From a virus (taxonomy: Duplodnaviria; Caudoviricetes): DNA of 43,120 nucleotides. The stretch spans positions 1-43,120 of the IMG/VR virus record IMGVR_UViG_3300022670_000619; one strand, written 5' to 3'. Numbering within the stretch: position 1 is the stretch's first letter; every line of letters begins with the position of its first letter. Below the pieces are notes generated by a model. It did no database searches. It had not been told where the DNA came from and saw only the letters and a program-made list of their open reading frames with translations. The translations under genes and the position numbers were made by a program. Shown here one piece after another: positions 1-7,239 of this stretch.

Positions 1-144
1 CAGTCTTCCACTAAGCAGGTCAGTAGTACGAGAAGCACTCACCAACTCAGGCATGAAAATAGACAAACACAAGGATATATATTTTCTACAGGCCTTACAA
101 AGAGTACATGATAATTATTCTGTCCATCAATGGAAAAAACAATT
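1..144. repeat. Terminal direct repeat, left copy (circular assembly overlap)
   Basis: Bases 1-144 are identical to 42977-43120. Confidence 0.97.
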
Positions 145-204
145 CATGCGCCTAGCAGATGAATGGACACCCAAATAACCCAACACAACAACCACCACAC
201 ACCG

Positions 205-236
205 GCCCCGCCAATGTAATGTTGAGCGGGGCTTTT
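205..236 (+). terminator. Hairpin plus U-tract (early hairpin A)
   Basis: GCCCCGC-CAAT GTAAT GTTG-A-GCGGGGC followed by TTTT. Confidence 0.65.
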
Positions 237-276
237 CCAGTAAAGCCAATAATGGCGAACAGTAAAGGATGAGAGC

Positions 277-831
277 ATGGACGAAAACACACGAAGAATT
301 GATTTGGTTGATAGGGAAGAAAAAGGCACACCCCTACGCGTAGGGAGTGTTCACAGTCATATAAGTATCAAAGATACAGAGCATGGGCCTCTGGTCGGTA
401 TGTCAGGAAAACTTTTCAACCTTGGAATGCTAGAGGACTTGATCAAAGAAGCCAAGAAAACGCCAGAGCCAAAAAAGATTGAGACTATTGCATTTCGGGA
501 TAGGGAGGGTAAGACGTATCGCATGAGTTATGATTTCGACTATGACTCTGAAACAGAATACACCCTGACGGCCCCTTGCGGTGATAAATTCACATTCCAG
601 GATGAGCAAATGAAGTTTTTGGCTGACTTCATAAACGCAAGTTACAAAGATTTGCAGAAGCTAAAGAAAGAAAGAGAGGCCAAGGCGAAAAAAGAAAAAG
701 AGGCCCAGCACATTGGTGTAGATCTCGCCAAGGTAGATACAGTCAGGATTACTCATAAATTCACATCTCCATTTCCGTCGGTGTCTGCATCACTAGCAGC
801 AAGCAATTGGGTGAGTAGTCCTACTGCCTAA
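277..831 (+). CDS. Hypothetical early protein
   Basis: 184-aa ORF with AAGGA RBS, flanked by hairpins. Confidence 0.75.
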   Translation: MDENTRRIDLVDREEKGTPLRVGSVHSHISIKDTEHGPLVGMSGKLFNLGMLEDLIKEAKKTPEPKKIETIAFRDREGKTYRMSYDFDYDSETEYTLTAPCGDKFTFQDEQMKFLADFINASYKDLQKLKKEREAKAKKEKEAQHIGVDLAKVDTVRITHKFTSPFPSVSASLAASNWVSSPTA

Positions 832-854
832 ACCCGCACACCACAATTATCACA

Positions 855-886
855 GGCCCAGCATTATGGTGATGCTGGGCCCTTTC
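855..886 (+). terminator. Hairpin (early hairpin D), probable terminator
   Basis: GGCCCAGCATT ATGGT GATGCTGGGCC followed by CTTT. Confidence 0.55.
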
Positions 887-947
887 CGGTCCATGACGTT
901 ATGACCCTAATCGTAGGAGGTGCATTATGAGAAACCTATAGTTCCCT

Positions 948-1049
948 GGCCCGCTGCTGTAATGGCACGCGGGCCTTCTCCAGTGAAGCATACCTTGTGT
1001 GTTTCTGCCTTCGCCGGGTTTTGTGTGTTTTCCCGGTGGAGGCTCTTTT
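948..1049 (+). ncRNA. Candidate structured small RNA or leader (hairpin B plus a terminator hairpin with a G/U-rich loop)
   Basis: Hairpin 948-975; 12-bp stem 1007-1018/1032-1043 with loop TTTTGTGTGTTTT, then TCTTTT. Confidence 0.45.
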
Positions 1050-1077
1050 ATCAAACACGCAACAAAGGAGTAAACAC

Positions 1078-1410
1078 ATGACAGAAGCATACCAAATGGG
1101 GAATAAATGGCATTGCAAGAAATGTCAAAAGTTTTTAGGCATTGGCGATGTGGCAGAAAAATGCCCTGATTGTAAACCAGAAGAAGTAAAATCAGAAGAT
1201 GTGATTGATCGTACTACTTTCCCTCCAATTATGACCCTCAGAGAACATTACGCAGGCCTCATGATGGCAAAGATGGTAGCTAATTTTGCTGGATCGTATG
1301 AAGCAGTAGCAAAAGCAGCCCTTGAAGCAGCAGACGCGCTGATTGCAGCAGAGAAGAAAGACCTCAATCCCGATGAGGATGAAGGCAAATACGGGATGGG
1401 CACACAATAA
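1078..1410 (+). CDS. Zn-ribbon plus MTLRxxxA...AADALI-type phage protein
   Basis: AAGGAG RBS before ATG 1078; CxxC...CPDC; C-terminal MTLREHYAG...ALEAADALI motif common in small phage proteins. Confidence 0.75.
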   Translation: MTEAYQMGNKWHCKKCQKFLGIGDVAEKCPDCKPEEVKSEDVIDRTTFPPIMTLREHYAGLMMAKMVANFAGSYEAVAKAALEAADALIAAEKKDLNPDEDEGKYGMGTQ

Positions 1411-1592
1411 TGACTGATCAAGCGCAAAAGCTTAGAAAATTGGCAGAAAAAACTTATGGTCGAGGGCCTACAGAGGTAAGCCTTCCAAGTGTAGAACAGG
1501 TACAAAAGGACATAAATGAAAAGATATGCGCTTGGGATGGCTGTAAGGGCCAACGAGCCAGTAGCAGCGATCTTTGCTGGGTGCACAAATGA
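1410..1592 (+). CDS. Small Cys/His zinc-finger-like protein
   Basis: TAATG coupling to the previous gene; CAWDGC...LCWVH. Confidence 0.65.
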   Translation: MTDQAQKLRKLAEKTYGRGPTEVSLPSVEQVQKDINEKICAWDGCKGQRASSSDLCWVHK

Positions 1593-1606
1593 GAAAGGAA
1601 AACGCC

Positions 1607-2008
1607 ATGAGTAAGATAGGCGATTGGCTCAAAAAACAGTTTAGTCCAGAGTTGGTGAAGTGTGACCAAAAGGATTGTGATTGGGTTGGCAAGAAGAGGG
1701 AAAGCTATGCCCATTGGCAGGGAGAACATTATAGAGTAACAACATATAAATGCGAAGGCTGCACGACCACGTATTATGACTATTTCGATCTAAATAGAGA
1801 TGTGGCTTTTGATCATGAAGATTATGGTGTGTGTAAAAACTGCATTGAAAAAGACGAAGAGCTAAAGGCAAGACGCCAACGGTATAAAGAGCTTGCTTTG
1901 CAGGGTCTAGCTACCCACCTCAATGCAAGCGATATACCGGGTGAGGTTCAGAGGATAGTGGATAGTATGATCGATCATGATCAGAGAAAGGAAAAAACAC
2001 ATGAGTGA
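1607..2008 (+). CDS. Hypothetical Cys-rich protein
   Basis: GAAAGGA RBS; several CxxC/CxxxxC pairs. Confidence 0.7.
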   Translation: MSKIGDWLKKQFSPELVKCDQKDCDWVGKKRESYAHWQGEHYRVTTYKCEGCTTTYYDYFDLNRDVAFDHEDYGVCKNCIEKDEELKARRQRYKELALQGLATHLNASDIPGEVQRIVDSMIDHDQRKEKTHE

Positions 2009-2162
2009 TTTAGAAATGAAAACGGTACACGGAAATAATTATAAATTAGACCTATCTGGTCCTGTTTTCTGGATATGCGTAACCATAATGGTCGTGATGT
2101 GCAGTGGAAAGCCGGACATAATAGATGGCATTGTGCATTTTCTTATGAACAGGGGGAAATAG
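2001..2162 (+). CDS. Small membrane protein
   Basis: GAAAGGA RBS; hydrophobic segment VFWICVTIMVVMC. Confidence 0.6.
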   Translation: MSDLEMKTVHGNNYKLDLSGPVFWICVTIMVVMCSGKPDIIDGIVHFLMNRGK

Positions 2163-2164
2163 TT

Positions 2165-2275
2165 ATGAACATAGAAGAGACAGTAGAAGCAGTGATGGAG
2201 AAGTTTGAGATGTACAATTTGCAGGATCCAGAAATGGAGCGTGTGCTCGTAGAGATACAAAGGGGTGAAGTGTGA
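2165..2275 (+). CDS. Small acidic hypothetical protein
   Basis: AGGGGG RBS; GTGA coupling to the next gene. Confidence 0.5.
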   Translation: MNIEETVEAVMEKFEMYNLQDPEMERVLVEIQRGEV

Positions 2276-2457
2276 AAGTAACAGAGGGAAGAGTTGACCC
2301 ACCGGGCCCCTGTATCGTATGTGATGATGAAAAATCAAACACAAAAGACGGGCCTATGATTTTACAAGTTGATGGATCTTCTAAAGCCATATGCTACAGG
2401 TGCACTATACATCTATGCCAAGCCCTTCGAGTTTTTCTGAATGGGGAAAAAGACTAA
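2272..2457 (+). CDS. C4 zinc-finger protein resembling the ClpX zinc-binding domain
   Basis: CIVC-x22-CYRC with an AIC..C...LC pattern. Confidence 0.55.
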   Translation: MKVTEGRVDPPGPCIVCDDEKSNTKDGPMILQVDGSSKAICYRCTIHLCQALRVFLNGEKD

Positions 2458-2465
2458 AGAATAAA

Positions 2466-2529
2466 ATAAATCCACCCGACATTGTTATTCTAGGGATTAT
2501 CCTAGAGTAACAATGAAAGGTGGATTTAT
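2466..2529 (+). promoter_or_regulatory. Long imperfect inverted repeat covering the RBS and start of the ORF at 2528
   Basis: ATAAATCCACC pairs with GGTGGATTTAT, and CATTGTTATTCTAGG pairs with CCTAGAGTAACAATG. Confidence 0.7.
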
Positions 2530-2695
2530 GTTTTTAATAGCAGAAGCTTGGGAAAAATGGCAGTGGGAGATTCTGCTCTCTGTGCTAACAATCTTCGCTA
2601 CCATCATTTTTATCACGCTTTTAGGTTTTATTATGAATATCCTTGACGCGATCAAAGAAAAACGTGAAAAAGAAGATGACGATAATAAAAAATAA
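2528..2695 (+). CDS. Single-pass membrane peptide (55 aa)
   Basis: AAAGGTGG RBS; ILLSVLTIFATIIFITLLGFIMNIL transmembrane segment and a charged C-tail. Confidence 0.65.
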   Translation: MFLIAEAWEKWQWEILLSVLTIFATIIFITLLGFIMNILDAIKEKREKEDDDNKK

Positions 2696-2723
2696 TTGAC
2701 ATTCTTCACAGCGTAGGTATAAT
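2696..2723 (+). promoter_or_regulatory. Sigma70-type promoter
   Basis: TTGACA-16 nt-TATAAT with an A-rich upstream element. Confidence 0.8.
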
Positions 2724-2729
2724 GCTTGT

Positions 2730-2821
2730 CTACTGAGACCAGGATCTCAAATAAATATATAGTCAAGGGGAAATGGGTGATCTATCCTGGTCTACAAACC
2801 CGTTTTCCCTTGGCTTCTTTT
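2730..2821 (+). ncRNA. Candidate pseudoknotted small RNA or attenuator leader
   Basis: Directly downstream of a consensus promoter; 18-bp stem 2761-2778/2798-2815 plus TCTTTT; 2736-2745 is perfectly complementary to loop bases 2784-2793. Confidence 0.55.
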
Positions 2822-2837
2822 CACACGGGGGTGAAGC

Positions 2838-3116
2838 ATGTCGTACAAGATAACCATAGAGGAAATAAAATCTGTAGAGTTCGAAAAGACGGACTGTTGG
2901 GATATTGTGAGAACAGTAGAAGAAGCCGATAAACTAGGCGGGGGCCAGTATGGATATCGCCCTCCTATTTTGACATCAAAAATCACAGAGACTAATATTT
3001 ATGAACAGGTGGTAGAGGATCTGGATATACAGCAAGTAATCCAGGCGGTGAACGGTCTGACAGCAGCAGCACAACAACAGAGACACCGCATGTTACGGGA
3101 AATGTCGGGGGATTAG
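2838..3116 (+). CDS. Hypothetical protein
   Basis: 92-aa ORF with GGGGG RBS. Confidence 0.7.
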   Translation: MSYKITIEEIKSVEFEKTDCWDIVRTVEEADKLGGGQYGYRPPILTSKITETNIYEQVVEDLDIQQVIQAVNGLTAAAQQQRHRMLREMSGD

Positions 3117-3120
3117 AGCT

Positions 3121-3351
3121 ATGAGCACACTAAGCGACGCAGTTGATATACAAAGACTCCCTATCCTTGCCGTTGAAAATCCAGGCAAGGAAGAATTGTT
3201 GGCTCTTGATAAAATCCTCCGCAAATTATTGGAGTATTGCTATCAGTCGGATCAACAGGTGGTTCAAGTGGGCCACTATATAAGAAACCAGGATATTGAA
3301 ATCGATAGGCTGAAGAAGCAGGTAAAGAAATTGAGGGCGGTGCATAATTGA
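3121..3351 (+). CDS. Hypothetical coiled-coil protein
   Basis: 76-aa ORF tightly packed in the operon. Confidence 0.65.
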   Translation: MSTLSDAVDIQRLPILAVENPGKEELLALDKILRKLLEYCYQSDQQVVQVGHYIRNQDIEIDRLKKQVKKLRAVHN

Positions 3352-3575
3352 AACTCACAGAAAAAGATGCCAAATATATTGAGATATTTACTCTGTGGTT
3401 ATATCAACAGATAGGTCTTGATTGGGAGGAGATTGGGGTAATCACGGGCATGCTATTGCAACAGCAATACGATGACTGGGATCGGTTGGATGCGCTAGTT
3501 GAATCAACGAAAAGGCTGGGGTTTAGGAATCAAATGCTTGCTTTCGGTGTTGCTGCGGCATTTGAACCATCATGA
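3348..3575 (+). CDS. Hypothetical protein
   Basis: TTG start overlaps the upstream TGA; its stop overlaps the next ATG. Confidence 0.6.
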   Translation: MKLTEKDAKYIEIFTLWLYQQIGLDWEEIGVITGMLLQQQYDDWDRLDALVESTKRLGFRNQMLAFGVAAAFEPS

Positions 3576-3724
3576 AACTCTGGAACGAAAACCTAAAACC
3601 CTATCAACGTTGCACGTACAAAAACACAAGCCGCCTCGGGCGGTGTTTGCGGCGATGGGAATACCACATAAAAGGAAAGAAAGTCTGTTTTCAACACCAT
3701 GATATACTGGAGGCGAAGAAATGA
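3572..3724 (+). CDS. Small CCCH zinc-finger-like protein (50 aa, not in the ORF track)
   Basis: MKLWNENLKPYQRCTYKNTSRLGRCLRRWEYHIKGKKVCFQHHDILEAKK; ATGA overlaps at both ends. Confidence 0.6.
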   Translation: MKLWNENLKPYQRCTYKNTSRLGRCLRRWEYHIKGKKVCFQHHDILEAKK

Positions 3725-4062
3725 GTGAATTCAAAGTGGGGGATTGGGTGAGGTGTGTCGAGGATTGCATAAGCAGGAAAAAAGGCGATACGTTTCAGAT
3801 AGGGTATATACCTGAAAGCCATCCAGGTCAATTGTATCCTGGGGAAGATAGCGGAGGGGTGGTACTTTTTGCCAACAGAGCAAGGAAACTAGACATAGAG
3901 GAGGAACTAATGCAATCAAACGATGAGATGGTAAAGCTGGTAGCAGCAGGGCTAAGCACAATCGGAAAGGCTGTACCTGTTCACTTGATTTGGGCAATAA
4001 CAACCGTAACAGTAACATATATCCTTGTTGTAAAAGGGTACATTACAGCACTGGGGCTTTGA
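3721..4062 (+). CDS. SH3-like (FKVGDWVR) protein with a C-terminal transmembrane anchor
   Basis: GGAGG RBS; N-terminal FKVGDxV motif; hydrophobic C-terminus. Confidence 0.7.
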   Translation: MSEFKVGDWVRCVEDCISRKKGDTFQIGYIPESHPGQLYPGEDSGGVVLFANRARKLDIEEELMQSNDEMVKLVAAGLSTIGKAVPVHLIWAITTVTVTYILVVKGYITALGL

Positions 4063-4063
4063 T

Positions 4064-4462
4064 ATGAGTGAGAGATTAGGTATAGATATTGACGTAAATG
4101 GTGATTACACCTTGGATGGCTGGAGATACCAGGACGGATGGCTCCACCCTCAGCGGGGTTTCTCTTTTGATAAGCACCGATGCTTCGCCATATTGCGTAA
4201 GCTGGCGGAGTTGAGCGATGAGGAAGCTGAGGGAAGCTTTTCAACCCCTCTGGCTACAGGAGAGTTAAGTATACGCCTGAACAACTCTAATTGGCATGAA
4301 GAGGAATTGACGGATAAGTTATGGAACCTCTTGAAACACAAATACCCGAATAGACCATTGACAGCAGAAGAGAGGATTGAAAACGCTCTTGAAGTCCTCA
4401 ATAAAAACTACAGGCTTGAGCCCCACGATGTTGCTATGCTTGTGGATGTTTTGAGGGGCTAA
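4064..4462 (+). CDS. Hypothetical protein
   Basis: 132-aa ORF in the operon. Confidence 0.7.
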   Translation: MSERLGIDIDVNGDYTLDGWRYQDGWLHPQRGFSFDKHRCFAILRKLAELSDEEAEGSFSTPLATGELSIRLNNSNWHEEELTDKLWNLLKHKYPNRPLTAEERIENALEVLNKNYRLEPHDVAMLVDVLRG

Positions 4463-4464
4463 CA

Positions 4465-4659
4465 ATGAACGACGAAACAACCGAACACCTAAAAGAGCAA
4501 TTACGCATCAACCATGCAGAGTTCCAACAAGCCACGAATAGAATTATGGTCCTGGAAGATGAGAAAAAGATGCTAGAAACACGCCATAAGATTTTGAAGC
4601 GCGCGTTGGCTCTTGCATTGCATGAAATAGAAGAATTGGTAGCGGAGAAAAATAAATAA
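4465..4659 (+). CDS. Coiled-coil hypothetical protein
   Basis: GAGGGG RBS; heptad-rich sequence. Confidence 0.65.
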   Translation: MNDETTEHLKEQLRINHAEFQQATNRIMVLEDEKKMLETRHKILKRALALALHEIEELVAEKNK

Positions 4660-4740
4660 CTAAAGACAATCCAAATTCACACCGAAGGTATAGGCACAGC
4701 GGAAATGGTGCTGAATAAATTAGGTCTAGAAAGGATTGTT

Positions 4741-4884
4741 ATGAAAGATTTTTTTGAAAAAGCATTTGAAGAATTGCGTAAAAAATACGAAGAGACATTG
4801 GTCAAAACAATGCAAGAACTGGAAAAAGTAACAAAAGAACGGGATGACCTGAAGAAAGAATTAGAAGACATAAGAAAAAAGTAA
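4741..4884 (+). CDS. Small coiled-coil protein (47 aa)
   Basis: GAAAGGA RBS; MKDFFEKAFEELRKKYEE... Confidence 0.55.
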   Translation: MKDFFEKAFEELRKKYEETLVKTMQELEKVTKERDDLKKELEDIRKK

Positions 4885-4973
4885 AAATACCTTGTCCTTC
4901 GTCCCGAGAATAGTTGTGCGGGGCGAAGGCTTCTAACCAAATTCGGGAATAGTCCCAACAGAAAGGTAATAAA

Positions 4974-5099
4974 ATGCAAACTCTAATGAATTTATCAATA
5001 CAACAATACATCCTTATATCCATAGGGATTTTCGTGTCTTCTTTGGTTTTAGTGTTACTTGTGGATTGGATGATGGGACGATTTGGGCCTAAGAAATAA
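4974..5099 (+). CDS. Small membrane peptide (41 aa)
   Basis: GAAAGGT RBS; YILISIGIFVSSLVLVLLV. Confidence 0.55.
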   Translation: MQTLMNLSIQQYILISIGIFVSSLVLVLLVDWMMGRFGPKK

Positions 5100-5121
5100 T
5101 CGAAAGAAAGGGAGGGGAATA

Positions 5122-5676
5122 ATGAACGAAGAGACAGACGCACACAGGGCAGAAAGCTATAAACAACAAGCCGAGATTGAAGGAAAAAGAGCTGTAGTCT
5201 GGTATGACAGGTGTCAGGAGGCGGAGGAGCGGGAGAAGGTGCTTAGGGATGCGTTGGAGGAAGTCAAAGAGCGACAGGAAAAAATAAAGGATAGCAATGT
5301 ATCACAAGAAACTGTCACATGGCATATAGCTGACAATGCCCTCAAGGCCCCATCCCAGAAAAGCGCGGCAGGTGAGGTGGTGATGAACGAAGAAGCTCTA
5401 AAGTGGGCACGTAAAGCTGAGATGGTAACGGTAGCCCTCAAAGACTCGCAAGATGAGCTTGTAAAGGCGGTGGAAGCGCTGGAGATTGCGGAGGCGCTGT
5501 TTGAGGGATCATTGGATAGGATTGGGGTGTTGGGGAAGGCACTGGGGGAAATACGACATATAACTGGCCTCGACTCAGGCAACAACCCTTGGGTAGGACG
5601 AATATGGAGCACAGCAAATAAAGCCCTAAAAACACCAGCCCAGAATAGAGCGGCAGGGGAAGGGGAGGTGGGGTAG
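5122..5676 (+). CDS. Hypothetical protein built from two tandem paralogous units
   Basis: GGGAGG RBS; units begin MNEE at 5122 and 5383, and both end W..A..ALK.P.Q..AAGE. Confidence 0.75.
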   Translation: MNEETDAHRAESYKQQAEIEGKRAVVWYDRCQEAEEREKVLRDALEEVKERQEKIKDSNVSQETVTWHIADNALKAPSQKSAAGEVVMNEEALKWARKAEMVTVALKDSQDELVKAVEALEIAEALFEGSLDRIGVLGKALGEIRHITGLDSGNNPWVGRIWSTANKALKTPAQNRAAGEGEVG

Positions 5677-6126
5677 ATGGTCAAGCTTTTGAATTGTGAA
5701 AAATGCGGTAAGTATTTACCTAGTCCTTGCCCAGATTGTTTCCCGAAGGAATTGAATAACGCTGAACTCAATAAGGCGGTGGCGCTTGCTAAGGGGTGGC
5801 ATCGTTCTTTTTACGGCACATTAGGTACAGGAGATATAGCAGGTATCAAGCAAGATTTTCAATGGGAAAACTCTGATGGTGAGTCTGTTATCTGGAACCG
5901 TGACTGGAACCCCGCCGAAGACCGAGCGCAGGCCATGAATGAGTTGGTCGATGAGTTGGGTGATATGAAGTTTAAGGTAGTGGTCTATTTCGACCCAGGC
6001 GAACCACCTGAAGTCCATGCGGAAAACCATAACAGTCTTTATGAAGCTATAGGCCAAGGCAAAGACAGGGACCAGCGCACAGCAAATGCTATATGTCAGG
6101 TTTACTTGAAGGTGAAAGCTAATTGA
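5677..6126 (+). CDS. Zn-ribbon plus NinX/phage ABA-sandwich-like protein
   Basis: GGAGGT RBS; CEKC...CPDC, then ELNKAVALAKGW...WNPAED.AQA...AIC..YL pattern. Confidence 0.65.
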   Translation: MVKLLNCEKCGKYLPSPCPDCFPKELNNAELNKAVALAKGWHRSFYGTLGTGDIAGIKQDFQWENSDGESVIWNRDWNPAEDRAQAMNELVDELGDMKFKVVVYFDPGEPPEVHAENHNSLYEAIGQGKDRDQRTANAICQVYLKVKAN

Positions 6127-6949
6127 TGTCAGATAATATGTTCGGCACTATGTCCGCTAATATGTTCGGGACTATGCCTATTTCTCTGTTTCCATCTGGG
6201 CATCCTGGATCTACGGGCACTGTTGTGGTTACATCTCCACTTTCCATATTTAAAGGGGTTCCATTATTCCCGTTACCAGAAACATCGGTAATGCTAGAGA
6301 TGGTATCCCCATCTACAGGCCAGGCACCTAGAAGGCCGGAAGTAATTACTCCAGCTAATCCTTTAGACAACCCGCACAGGTAAACATTCAGGACTGCTGC
6401 ATCTAGGTCAGCCAGTGTGGCAAGCCCAGATGAAAACGCAGCGCCTATGACTGCAAACTGAGAGGCATTTGATGTGAGGAAACCCTGCCCACCATTTTTG
6501 GGTTGCGCCCCCAAGTACATACGACCATCAGATTCGTTTATCAAGTTTATGGTGTTGGCAGTGTTATCGGTCTGTCTTACGCCATTATTCCACAGATGCA
6601 GAACCCCGTTGTACCTGAACCCAAAGAGATGCCTAAAGGCTCCAAGGCCAGTTAGAACTATATTGGATACCACAAAGGAATTACCACTGCCATTACCAAT
6701 AAAGAATCGGGCTTTGTCTGGGTCTGCACCATCGCTCTGCGCATAGTCTATAAATATACGGCTCTTGTTTGCAGCACCAGTAACACCGTAATGTATTACG
6801 CTTTGGTTGTCAGTAGATGTTGCAGGATCTAAGACCCAGACACTCATACCGCAGTCATTGGTCCCGTGGGCAATCAAGGACGAGACTTTGCCTATGTCAA
6901 CAACCTCGTCACCACCACCAAAAGAAAGGCTGTTTGTGTTGACTGCCAT
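6119..6949 (-). CDS. LamG/concanavalin-A-like beta-sandwich protein, probable virion adhesin or decoration protein
   Basis: NSLSFGG.DEVV, MSVWV, LHLWNNGV, and GAWPVD...ITDVSGNGNNGT motifs typical of phage LamG proteins. Confidence 0.7.
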   Translation of the reverse strand: MAVNTNSLSFGGGDEVVDIGKVSSLIAHGTNDCGMSVWVLDPATSTDNQSVIHYGVTGAANKSRIFIDYAQSDGADPDKARFFIGNGSGNSFVVSNIVLTGLGAFRHLFGFRYNGVLHLWNNGVRQTDNTANTINLINESDGRMYLGAQPKNGGQGFLTSNASQFAVIGAAFSSGLATLADLDAAVLNVYLCGLSKGLAGVITSGLLGAWPVDGDTISSITDVSGNGNNGTPLNMESGDVTTTVPVDPGCPDGNREIGIVPNILADIVPNILSDIN

Positions 6950-7239
6950 TAGTCACCATCTTTCGCGCACCATTTGTCCGTCTTGAGTTCAACCGCAAAT
7001 TCCTCATGGCTGAAAGATGGATAGCTGGATAGTTCATCGTGTATAGGGCCTAGGAAATGCAGGAACACTTCATCTGGCCCTTCCGTTGTATGCCTGAGAA
7101 GCCCACCCGGTTTCTCCTGTACACAGTCCAAGGACAAAAGCTCATCTGTGACATCACTGAAAGGAAGAACTACAAAGGTTTGTTCATGTTGTGACACTAC
7201 ATCCTCCTCAACAAGGATCCGAATCAACTTCACTACCAA
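6949..7239 (-). CDS. Hypothetical protein
   Basis: Coupled (TAATG) to the LamG gene; overlaps the end of the upstream gene. Confidence 0.6.
   Translation of the reverse strand: MVVKLIRILVEEDVVSQHEQTFVVLPFSDVTDELLSLDCVQEKPGGLLRHTTEGPDEVFLHFLGPIHDELSSYPSFSHEEFAVELKTDKWCAKDGD

Noticed and set aside
1-144. End repeat as a biological T7-like terminal repeat
   Set aside because: It lies in the middle of a continuous ORF (42816 through 178), so it is better explained as a circular assembly overlap
4895-4950. Riboswitch-like alternative pairing (CCTTCGTCCC/GGGGCGAAGG versus TCCCGA/TCGGGA)
   Set aside because: Only one solid hairpin; the alternative helix is 6 bp and no aptamer motif is recognisable
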